Below are positions 1 through 7,626 of a stretch of 57,401 nucleotides of DNA, piece after piece. The stretch is taken from the NCBI GenBank assembly GCA_043819555.1, contig JBDREQ010000040.1, positions 1-57,401 on the forward strand. Direction: 5' to 3'. The translations under genes and the position numbers were made by a program. Each line of letters starts with the position of its first letter. Positions within the stretch are counted from its first letter, which is position 1. The notes below the pieces were generated by a model. That model ran no database searches, was not told the DNA's origin, and saw only the letters and a list, made by a program, of their open reading frames with translations. The stretch is from Candidatus Zixiibacteriota bacterium (GTDB lineage: Bacteria > Zixibacteria > MSB-5A5 > GN15 > JAAZOE01).

Positions 1-253
1 CCGCCATCCCTGAGGCAAAAGCCAGTCCATAATTGGCCCCTTCAATACCTGCCAGGGCGCGCTGATAGGCAGTCCGGGTGGGATTATCGGTCCGTGAATA
101 TTCGTATCCTTTGTGATGTCCGGGAAATTCCTGGCTATACGTCGATGTTTGGTAGATCGGAACCGTGACCGCTCCTGTTTGAGGATCTGGTTCTGAACCA
201 AGGTGAACGGCTCTTGTAGCAATCGCGAGTTTTCTCAGTTTTTCTTCATTCAT
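1..253 (-). CDS. Cys/Met metabolism PLP enzyme (cystathionine gamma-lyase/synthase family), 5' part only, runs off window
   Basis: Hand translation from ATG at 253: MNEEKLRKLAIATRAVHLGSEPDPQTGAVTVPIYQTSTYSQ...YEYSRTDNPTR...GLAFASGMA. PIYQTST, YSRxxNPT and FASGMA are family motifs. Not in the ORF track. Confidence 0.9.
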   Translation of the reverse strand, partial: MNEEKLRKLAIATRAVHLGSEPDPQTGAVTVPIYQTSTYSQEFPGHHKGYEYSRTDNPTRTAYQRALAGIEGANYGLAFASGMA

Positions 254-310
254 TTTGTTACCTGTGGTTGAAATAGGAAAACAATATACGAAATTACCGC
301 GAAAAATGAT

Positions 311-352
311 AAAAAAAAGCCTGATTACTCATAGTTGTAATCAGGCTATTTT
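311..352. terminator. Intrinsic terminator downstream of the ECF sigma gene, possibly bidirectional
   Basis: AGCCTGATTAC...GTAATCAGGCT stem flanked by an A8 run and a T run. Confidence 0.8.
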
Positions 353-390
353 CTACAAGTTAAAAACCTAAACCAGTTTAACAGATTTTT

Positions 391-1047
391 CTATTTAATT
401 CCCAAAGCAATTAGCAAACCGGGACAACGGCGCAGCAAATCCTTGCGAATTTTCTGGCGAGCTCGATGCAGGTACCAGCGGACCGTAGCTTCCGGCATAT
501 CCATAATATTGGCCACATCATCAATCTGACAGCCTTCGATATCGCGAAGTATAAAGGCCGATTTTTGTTTGCCGTTTAACCGGCCGGCGGCGTTATTAAG
601 TTCCTCCCGCAATTGATTGTTCCGGTAATTGTTTTCCGGATTATCGCGATTGTTTTCAGCCGTGTCACAAACATTGTCCAAAGGCTCATGCCGATGGCGC
701 CGATGTTTTCGCATGTAATCGATTGACGCGTTGACAGTTATCCGATATAACCAGGTATAAAATCGCTTATTTTCATCGTAGCGCCATAGATTCTGTGATG
801 TTTTGACGAAGACATTTTGTGTAATATCAGCGGCCTCATCATAATCGCCAACCATCTTATAGGCCAAAGCCCCGACTTGGTTGCGATAACGGCTGACTAA
901 TTCACTGAAGGCTCTTTCATCCCCTCGCCTGATTCGATAAATAATGGCTTTTACCTCAAGCTCATCCTTGTCTTCCGCTATATTCTTTGATTCCGGGTTA
1001 TTGGGAACCGCAGTTACTTTTTGATTGGGCACGTCTCTTCCCTTCAT
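391..1047 (-). CDS. ECF RNA polymerase sigma-70 factor
   Basis: GDERAFSELV, region 2 (ADITQNVFVK...FYTWLYRITVN) and region 4 (LRDIEG..IDDVANIMDMPEATVRWYLHRAR). Confidence 0.95.
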   Translation of the reverse strand: MKGRDVPNQKVTAVPNNPESKNIAEDKDELEVKAIIYRIRRGDERAFSELVSRYRNQVGALAYKMVGDYDEAADITQNVFVKTSQNLWRYDENKRFYTWLYRITVNASIDYMRKHRRHRHEPLDNVCDTAENNRDNPENNYRNNQLREELNNAAGRLNGKQKSAFILRDIEGCQIDDVANIMDMPEATVRWYLHRARQKIRKDLLRRCPGLLIALGIK

Positions 1048-1097
1048 TAATCAGCAAATAAATAACTTCGTGGACTGCAATAGTTCATATTACCTTA

Positions 1098-1122
1098 AAC
1101 GTAGATTTCATGTATTTGTTCC
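1098..1122 (-). promoter_or_regulatory. Candidate ECF-type autoregulatory promoter GGAAC-N16-CGTT
   Basis: Minus strand reads GGAAC aaatacatgaaatcta CGTT about 50 nt upstream of the ECF start, matching the general ECF AAC/CGT pattern. Confidence 0.55.
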
Positions 1123-1385
1123 AAATCTTCGATTTTTACAGCAGTTAATGCGATAATCCAAAAATACACACTACAGGACGATTCAGGTAAATCGTATTTC
1201 AATACAACGTAAAGATTGAAGGACACTCATAAAAACATTCAAATGAGTGGATTCCACGCCTCCCATTTGATAGTTTTATTACATACACCCATCATAATAT
1301 ATATTTCCATAAACACATATCAATTAATTACTTACAATTACATTACGGCATTTAGTAAATTAATTATTTAATGGAAGTTTTGGGA

Positions 1386-1412
1386 CAAAAAGAGCCCCGA
1401 ATTACTTGGGGC
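1386..1412 (-). terminator. Terminator after the M23 gene
   Basis: Minus strand GCCCCaagtaattcGGGGC followed by TCTTTTT. Confidence 0.6.
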
Positions 1413-1439
1413 AGCATGATTTTTCGCTAATTAGATCGC

Positions 1440-2339
1440 TTATTTATTGATAATAAATTTATACGGATTGATATGTTTCCCGTTTTTAATTACCTCGTAA
1501 TGCAAATGCGGTCCGGTTGTATATCCGGTGCTACCCATTAAGCCGATTATTTCTCCTCGTTTGACCCGTTGTCCGACTTTGACCTTATAGTCACTCATAT
1601 GCCCATAACGAGTTTTAAACCCATAGCCATGATCGATTGAGATCATCTTTCCCAAGCCGCCGTTTATTCTTACCGCCGAAATTTTGCCGTTGGCAGTGGC
1701 GTAAATCGGTGTTCCATTGCCATTTGAAATATCAAGGCCGGGATGAAATTCTTTTAGTCCGGTAAAGGGATCGTTGCGAGTGCCATAACCGCTCGAGAAG
1801 TGGCCGCGGGTAGGCATAATGGAGGGAGTATGGTTCAGTAAATCACGCTTATTATCAAGGATTTCATAGACTTCCCGATATCGTTCCCGTTCGAATTTGG
1901 CCAGGCGCAAAAGTTCATCGACATCGGCGCTAACTTTCAGGGCTTCGGCAGTGGCCTCGGTGAAGTTATTTAAGGCGGGATCTTCGGGTCCCCCGACACC
2001 CAGCATTCGAGCTTCTTCGTCAATTGCAGGTAATCCGAAAATGGTTCTAATGGCTTCTTCTTTATTGACTAATTCGGCGTAATTCCCCCGCAGTTCATTG
2101 ATTGATTCTTCCACGGCAGCGTATTGTTCGGAAAGCATCTGATTCTCCCCGAGGAGTTTATTGAGGCGGGCACGGTCCACTCTCTGGCTGAAATAATCGG
2201 CCAATAAGAACACATTAATCACGAGAAAGCAAATACCGAAGAGGGCAACCGCCCACAAAAGCTTTACCGGGATTGAATGTGAAGACATGTTGCCGCCTTG
2301 GCGGGGAATGATCATTACGGTAATTTTATCTTTTAGCAT
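1440..2339 (-). CDS. M23 family metallopeptidase with N-terminal TM helix and coiled coil
   Basis: HPGLD and HLH zinc motifs, TRYGHM, GSTGYTTGPHLHYEV. Confidence 0.95.
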   Translation of the reverse strand: MLKDKITVMIIPRQGGNMSSHSIPVKLLWAVALFGICFLVINVFLLADYFSQRVDRARLNKLLGENQMLSEQYAAVEESINELRGNYAELVNKEEAIRTIFGLPAIDEEARMLGVGGPEDPALNNFTEATAEALKVSADVDELLRLAKFERERYREVYEILDNKRDLLNHTPSIMPTRGHFSSGYGTRNDPFTGLKEFHPGLDISNGNGTPIYATANGKISAVRINGGLGKMISIDHGYGFKTRYGHMSDYKVKVGQRVKRGEIIGLMGSTGYTTGPHLHYEVIKNGKHINPYKFIINK

Positions 2340-2389
2340 GCCTCAATCTGCCAAGGATTTACTCCTCGGCTCCCAAAAAAATTCGCCCC

Positions 2390-2418
2390 ATTATATAAGC
2401 CGGGGGAACGCCTGTCAA
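2390..2418 (-). promoter_or_regulatory. Consensus sigma70 promoter of the M23 gene
   Basis: Minus strand TTGACA-N17-TATAAT, an exact consensus match. Confidence 0.85.
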
Positions 2419-2471
2419 GTCAAAAAGCTCTACTTATTAGTTTAATATATCGGCAAAAGGGTTGCCTGATT

Positions 2472-2612
2472 TTACTTGATGACCATAAACTCTTTTCGAA
2501 GGATTTTTTCAATGACTTTTATGAATTTTTCCGGGTGCAGATTCTGTAAACTGTAAAGATGCCAACAGATTTTTCTAGGCTTTTTGTAACTCTCCTTCTT
2601 TCTTGGTGCCAT
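2472..2612 (-). CDS. Small basic hypothetical protein, 46 aa (MAPRKKESYKKPRKICWHLYSLQNLHPEKFIKVIEKILRKEFMVIK)
   Basis: ATG...TAA read by hand, AGGT SD-like sequence upstream, sigma54-like promoter about 90 nt upstream. Below the ORF-track length cutoff. Confidence 0.55.
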   Translation of the reverse strand: MAPRKKESYKKPRKICWHLYSLQNLHPEKFIKVIEKILRKEFMVIK

Positions 2613-2704
2613 AATAACCTGCCTTGTTGGGCGTTATTGGAGGTAGACACAGGTTTCTACCCGAAATAATCGCGACTCAATTGCCGTAAGCTTGATAACG
2701 ATTA

Positions 2705-2721
2705 AGCAATTGTCATGCCTT
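2705..2721 (-). promoter_or_regulatory. Sigma54 (-24/-12) promoter
   Basis: Minus strand AAGGCATGACAATTGCT, i.e. GG-N10-GC with TTGCT. Confidence 0.65.
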
Positions 2722-2796
2722 TTCATCAATAAACAGTTTAACATTAGCGAGCCATTCTATCATATTGAATTGCAATATCTTAGAGATTAAGCAAAA

Positions 2797-2880
2797 TGCT
2801 CAATAATTGAACAGTATGCAGTATGTTTGCAGATATTGTGGTCAATTTCCTATATTGAGTAGGTATTGAGCAGTTATTGA
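2797..2880. promoter_or_regulatory. Candidate enhancer (bEBP) sites
   Basis: Near-palindrome TGCTCAATAATTGAACA (2797-2813) and three TATTGA repeats at 2853, 2864 and 2875 (11-bp period). Confidence 0.45.
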
Positions 2881-2914
2881 AATAGGGTTCATTTTGGTAA
2901 AAACATTTAGATTG

Positions 2915-2945
2915 GGGCGGCTTCGAATTAGGATTGAAGCCGCCC
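2915..2945 (-). terminator. Hairpin, probable terminator after the AsnRS-like gene
   Basis: GGGCGGCTTC...GAAGCCGCCC 10-bp stem just past the stop codon. Confidence 0.6.
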
Positions 2946-2959
2946 GAATAATAGCGCTA

Positions 2960-3958
2960 TTAAATAACAAGGAATTCAGGGGAGCGTGGAATTTCTACGG
3001 CCGCTTTAATACTTTCCCAGCGGTTTTGTCTGGTGGCAATTATCGATTGGACTACGCGTTCGAAACCGATGCCGCACCCTGATGATTGACCCTCCGATTG
3101 TTTGAGGACCTCGAAATACCATTTGAACTGCGCTGGATCGACTCCGCGGTCGACAAGATGATCATACATATAAGATTCTTCAAATTGCTTTTTGCAGATT
3201 TCACTGTTTCCTTCGCGGACGGCTCCCCCGACAGATTCACCGGCGTGGGGCAGAAGCAGGTCGCAACATAGCGTCTCGGCGCCATTTCTTTTCATTGAGA
3301 AAAATTTTATGACTCCGCCTTTTTTGGGTTTGGGTTCGGCCGGATAATGGGTGACGAAGGTTGGCATCCCGGACAGGATTTGACATAGTTGTTCCTCTTC
3401 TTCGCTGCCGAAGTCATCTCCGAATTGTAATTGGTGTCCTTTCGCCTGGAGCAGGTCAACAGCTTTTTCATACTTAATGCGGTTGAAAGGCTGGTCGATA
3501 TATTTTTTCAGAGTATTATTGCGGTAAATTTTGTGTCCCTCATTATACAATACTTTTATCAATGACTCAATATTATCCATTAGGCCATCGAGCTTGAAAT
3601 CGCGGCCCTCGAATTCTATTAATGAAAATTCGCATAAATGACGCCCAGTAACTTTACGTTCCTGCCGAAACGATGGTCCAATCGTGTACACGCGATTATG
3701 AGCGACGGTAAAAGCTTCCAAATAAAGCTGACCGGTTTGGCGGAGAAACATTTCCACTTCATCTCCGGCTTCGTCATACATCGCCACCGACATGGCATTG
3801 GGGAACCATTCACAGGAACCGGTGGCGCCGGTGATATGCGGGACCTGAACCTCCATGAAATTGTTTTCCGCAAACCAATCGCGGGCAGTTTTTAAGAGCA
3901 TTGATCTTAATTTGCTGGTGACAGCAAAATCACCGTGACATACTTCCAGATGACGCAT
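2960..3958 (-). CDS. AsnRS/AspRS catalytic-core paralogue without anticodon-binding domain, probable archaeal-type asparagine synthetase
   Basis: Class IIb motifs LRQTGQLYLE, GPSFRQE..TGRHLCEF and GCGIGFER. About 332 aa with no N-terminal OB fold. Start set at 3958 because GGAGG lies just upstream. Confidence 0.75.
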   Translation of the reverse strand: MRHLEVCHGDFAVTSKLRSMLLKTARDWFAENNFMEVQVPHITGATGSCEWFPNAMSVAMYDEAGDEVEMFLRQTGQLYLEAFTVAHNRVYTIGPSFRQERKVTGRHLCEFSLIEFEGRDFKLDGLMDNIESLIKVLYNEGHKIYRNNTLKKYIDQPFNRIKYEKAVDLLQAKGHQLQFGDDFGSEEEEQLCQILSGMPTFVTHYPAEPKPKKGGVIKFFSMKRNGAETLCCDLLLPHAGESVGGAVREGNSEICKKQFEESYMYDHLVDRGVDPAQFKWYFEVLKQSEGQSSGCGIGFERVVQSIIATRQNRWESIKAAVEIPRSPEFLVI

Positions 3959-3984
3959 CAAAAGACCTCCTGGGTTTTGAGTAT

Positions 3985-4016
3985 AAAAAAAGGCCACTCA
4001 ATAAAATTGAGTGGCC
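3985..4016 (-). terminator. Intrinsic terminator within the 5' leader of the AsnRS-like gene (attenuator candidate)
   Basis: GGCCACTCAAT-TTT-ATTGAGTGGCC followed by T7, ending about 27 nt before the ATG. Confidence 0.8.
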
Positions 4017-4164
4017 GATAAAGCCAATAAATAGCGGGAATACCGCTCCCGCACCGGGATGATTAACATACATTATGCTGATCTCCCCGGGCGATTAATA
4101 GTTTTCCCGGACGCACTTGCAGCGCGATTTTGAATTTTGTTATGAACATGTCTCTAAAAAGGAG

Positions 4165-4193
4165 ATTTAATATATCCGCAATGGTTTAGTCAA
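4165..4193 (-). promoter_or_regulatory. Sigma70-like promoter driving the leader RNA
   Basis: TTGACT-N17-TTAAAT on the minus strand. Confidence 0.5.
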
Positions 4194-4236
4194 GTTTTAA
4201 TTTTTCGGAATGCAGAAAATTAATAGATGATAATGT

Positions 4237-5265
4237 CTACTTTTCGATTTTATCGAGATATTCTTTTAGCTGGACCGCGAAAATCTCAAATTCAGCCCCT
4301 TTGCTGAACAGTTTATAACCCATTTGTTCATTGACGACGGTGATTGGCTTATTAACCGCTCTCATATCGGCGACCATATAAACGTTGGCGGGGAACGCCT
4401 GTCCAACCTTTTGGTACAAAGCAGCTTTAAGCCATTTCGACAATCCTCGGCCGCGATAATTGGCGGTTACGCCAGTCATAGCCTGATACGCTTCGCGCGG
4501 GTCTGCCATATTAATCAAGACATTGGACATGCCTTTGACGCGGTCATTATGCAGCAACAAACCTGTGATTAATCTGGAGTTATTATCTTCCCGCCATTTT
4601 TCCTGGCGCCTTATTTCTTCTGGCGCGACGTGATATTTTTTGGCATTCTCATTTTCTTTGGGCATATCTTCTATATAGCGAGCGAATAAGCCGGCGTATT
4701 GATTAAGGTATATATCCGGAATAGCCGAATATATGCTTAATTTTATATCTGGATTTTGGGCCGGGATTTCGGTCAGCCATTTATTGATTATCTCGGCATT
4801 AGCGGATTCGCGATACAGCCGGTATCGTTCCAGCCGATTTAAGTGGGCGCTCTTCCACCTCTGAGGCAGGCCCATCAGCCGCTCGTTTTCGGTCATAATA
4901 TTGGCCGAGGGGCATTCGAATTTCTGAAGATATTCAAATATCGTTTCGGCCATTAATAATGCGACTCCGTCCGGAACATTCTGATACCGGGTGTCATATC
5001 TCAGGGCGCCATTTTGCAGAGGAGTGCGAGCGTTGAATATCATCATTTGAATCCACGCGACAGGAGTATTATCTTTGAAAACCACAAAGCGATCATACCC
5101 GTTTTCAGGCTGTTGATATGACTGCATTCGTTTCTTGAGATCTTCCCATGACATTTCCGGGAAGGTGGAATCGAATCGTTCATGAATTTCAGACATCAGT
5201 TTATGATAAGATTTCCATTGGTCATCGGTAAAATTGTCATCCATCACAGACATTGTCGTAAACAT
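4237..5265 (-). CDS. Tandem GNAT-family N-acetyltransferase
   Basis: C-terminal acetyl-CoA motif TGVTANYRGRGLSKWLK and N..MGY. Start set at 5265 by a GGGGAG SD. Confidence 0.8.
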   Translation of the reverse strand: MFTTMSVMDDNFTDDQWKSYHKLMSEIHERFDSTFPEMSWEDLKKRMQSYQQPENGYDRFVVFKDNTPVAWIQMMIFNARTPLQNGALRYDTRYQNVPDGVALLMAETIFEYLQKFECPSANIMTENERLMGLPQRWKSAHLNRLERYRLYRESANAEIINKWLTEIPAQNPDIKLSIYSAIPDIYLNQYAGLFARYIEDMPKENENAKKYHVAPEEIRRQEKWREDNNSRLITGLLLHNDRVKGMSNVLINMADPREAYQAMTGVTANYRGRGLSKWLKAALYQKVGQAFPANVYMVADMRAVNKPITVVNEQMGYKLFSKGAEFEIFAVQLKEYLDKIEK

Positions 5266-5311
5266 ACTACTCCCCAGAATTATCAAAAATATATCTCAGG
5301 ATCTTATCGCT

Positions 5312-6133
5312 TTAAAGGCGCTCGACGACGCCGGCGATGATATCGCGCAATTTCGGTTCGGCCTTATTGGCCGTATCAATGATGCGTTCCAGAGAACACG
5401 GCCCCAATGTATCGGGCAAACCCATATCGGTTATTATTGACATCCCCAGCACTTTAGTCCCTTGATGGCGGGCAACAAGTACTTCCGGAACCGTTGACAT
5501 TCCTACCACGTCGGCGCCAATGATTCTCAGAAAACGGTATTCGGCGGCGGTTTCCAGATTCGGTCCAGCCACGGAAACATAGACACCTTTTTTGAGGGGA
5601 ATTTTCAAATCAAGAGCGACTTCTTCGGCAGTTTTCACCAAATCCATATCATAACAGTTATACATATCGGGAAAACGGACGCCCAGGCGATCATCATTAT
5701 AACCGATTAGAGGATTATACCCCAAAAGGTTTATATGATCAGTGATTACCATTACATCGCCCGCCTTGAACAAGGGATTCATCCCTCCGCAGGCATTGGA
5801 AACAATCAGAGTTTCGATTCCCAGTTCCTTAAGGACGCGTACCGGGAAGGTAATCTGCTTCATGTCGTAGCCTTCATAGTAATGAAACCTGCCCTGCATG
5901 GCCGCCACCGGTTTGCCCTTAAGGGTACCCAGAAGAAGTCTTCCTTTATGAGATTCCACGGTTGAGACCGGGAAATTGGGGATATTCTCATATTCAATTT
6001 TTGATTTAATTTCGATGCCATCAGCGAGGGAACCGAGTCCGGTGCCAAGAATGATACCAATTTTTGGTTTTATATCCGTTTGAGTTTTGATGTAGTCGGC
6101 TGATTCTATAATCTTATCATACATATTGTCCAT
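5312..6133 (-). CDS. punA: Purine nucleoside phosphorylase (trimeric, PNP-I type)
   Basis: GIILGTGLG, QGRFHYYEGY, GPNLETAAE, GADVVGMSTVPE. Confidence 0.92.
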   Translation of the reverse strand: MDNMYDKIIESADYIKTQTDIKPKIGIILGTGLGSLADGIEIKSKIEYENIPNFPVSTVESHKGRLLLGTLKGKPVAAMQGRFHYYEGYDMKQITFPVRVLKELGIETLIVSNACGGMNPLFKAGDVMVITDHINLLGYNPLIGYNDDRLGVRFPDMYNCYDMDLVKTAEEVALDLKIPLKKGVYVSVAGPNLETAAEYRFLRIIGADVVGMSTVPEVLVARHQGTKVLGMSIITDMGLPDTLGPCSLERIIDTANKAEPKLRDIIAGVVERL

Positions 6134-6136
6134 TGT

Positions 6137-6805
6137 CTATCCTTTATTCACATTATGTGCGGAATCATCAAGGCTCTCGATTTGCTCCATAGCATTATCG
6201 TCCGTTTGTTCATTATATTGTTCCGGATTTATCTGCATATCCTCGGCGGTGTATTGCTGTGCCTGGGCATTTCCCTCGCCGGATTTATGCTCGTTTTGAT
6301 CGGCGTGGCTGTTACCTTTATCATCCTCGGCCAGCAGTTGTTCAATTGAAGTCAGTTGCGATGTAATGAGTGATTTCAGTTGGGTCAGATAATTGCTGCG
6401 GATGAACCTGATTTTGTTTATATCGGCGACCAGTTTTCCCATCTGGCGGTGCATATCGGCGATTACTTCTGATTTTTTATGCTCAGCTTCTCGGACAATA
6501 AGGTTCGCTTCCTTTTTGCCCTGTTCAATGGTCGACTCAGCATCTTTTTGCGCCGTCGTCATGGTTAAATCCGCGTTTTTCCGGGCATCTACGACGACCT
6601 CTTTGAGAGTATCTTCAAGGTTAATTAAATGCTTTAACCGCTCGTTGATGTGATTGTTTTCTTCAGTTAGTTTCAGAATCTCGGCGCGGGCTTCTTCCAG
6701 TGCGGTCGCCGCCAAATCCCTGAAAACTTCCACATCATCGGGATTATAACCGCGGAATTTAATCTCGAACTGCTGTTGACGCAGATCATTGGGGGTGGTT
6801 TCCAT
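6137..6805 (-). CDS. divIVA: DivIVA domain protein
   Basis: TPNDLRQQQFEIKFRGYNPDDVEVF N-terminal domain plus coiled coil, adjacent to yggS. Confidence 0.88.
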   Translation of the reverse strand: METTPNDLRQQQFEIKFRGYNPDDVEVFRDLAATALEEARAEILKLTEENNHINERLKHLINLEDTLKEVVVDARKNADLTMTTAQKDAESTIEQGKKEANLIVREAEHKKSEVIADMHRQMGKLVADINKIRFIRSNYLTQLKSLITSQLTSIEQLLAEDDKGNSHADQNEHKSGEGNAQAQQYTAEDMQINPEQYNEQTDDNAMEQIESLDDSAHNVNKG

Positions 6806-6827
6806 AATAACACTCTATTTTAAAATG

Positions 6828-7529
6828 TTAGCTTGCTCTCTCGCCAAAAATAGCGGAACCGACACGGACCATGTTGGAGCCGCAATGTATTGCCAACTCA
6901 TAGTCTGATGACATACCCATTGATAATGTATCAATATGCGAACCAATTTTAGTTTTCATCATCTCGTATAGTTTATGCGTTATTTCAAACGCTTTTTGAA
7001 TCTCACTGGCATCGTTTGTCCAGGGACCTATCGTCATCAAACCTTTCATATTTATACCCGGCAGCGGCTCAATTCGTTCGGCCGCATCAATTAAATCATC
7101 TGGGCTGAAACCGTACTTGGTTTCCTCGCCCGAGGAATTTATCTCCAGAAGGCAGTCAATTTTCTTATTCACTTTGACAGCCGCCTGAGAGATCTTATCA
7201 GCCAGATGCAACGAGTCGATTGATTGGATCATGTCGAAATATAGTACTGCTTGAGCCGCCTTGTTGGTTTGAAGATGTCCAATCAAATGCCATGATGCGA
7301 TATCACCCAATTCTATCACTTTTTCGGAGCCTTCCTGAACGCGACTTTCCCCCAAAATCTTTGCGCCTGCCGCGACGGCGCTTTTCACGATCTCGATCGG
7401 AAAAGTCTTACTAACAGTCACGAGTGTGATCTCCGTCGGCTGACGATTTGTCTGCCCGGCGGCTTCGGCGATGCGCTGATTTACTTCCAGCAAATTCCGG
7501 GCGATCCGTTCCACTTCTTCTATTTTCAC
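6828..7529 (-). CDS. yggS: PLP homeostasis protein YggS
   Basis: VSKT, GESRVQE, WHLIGHLQTNK, LSMGMSSDY, VRVGSAIFG. Confidence 0.95.
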   Translation of the reverse strand: MKIEEVERIARNLLEVNQRIAEAAGQTNRQPTEITLVTVSKTFPIEIVKSAVAAGAKILGESRVQEGSEKVIELGDIASWHLIGHLQTNKAAQAVLYFDMIQSIDSLHLADKISQAAVKVNKKIDCLLEINSSGEETKYGFSPDDLIDAAERIEPLPGINMKGLMTIGPWTNDASEIQKAFEITHKLYEMMKTKIGSHIDTLSMGMSSDYELAIHCGSNMVRVGSAIFGERAS

Positions 7530-7570
7530 AACATTGATATATAAGCAACCGGCGTCAATATAGGCAATAT

Positions 7571-7606
7571 AAAAACGGGCGGAACGTAAATACGACCGCC
7601 CGCTTT
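7571..7606 (-). terminator. Terminator after the yyaL-like gene
   Basis: CGGGCGG...CCGCCCG stem followed by TTTT on the minus strand. Confidence 0.65.
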
Positions 7607-7626
7607 GCTCGCGACACTGCTTATTT

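Noticed and set aside
254..310. SAM riboswitch upstream of the cystathionine lyase-like gene
   Set aside because: Short AT-rich gap with no S-box ATC.AGAG core.
1130..1380. Tiny ORFs or sRNA in the AT-rich gap upstream of the ECF gene
   Set aside because: Only 15-23 codon ORFs without good SD spacing and one weak hairpin.
3985..4160. T-box riboswitch or 6S RNA
   Set aside because: No GGTGGNACC antiterminator bulge (only GCGGTATT) and no end-to-end 6S-like rod. Kept only as an unassigned leader.
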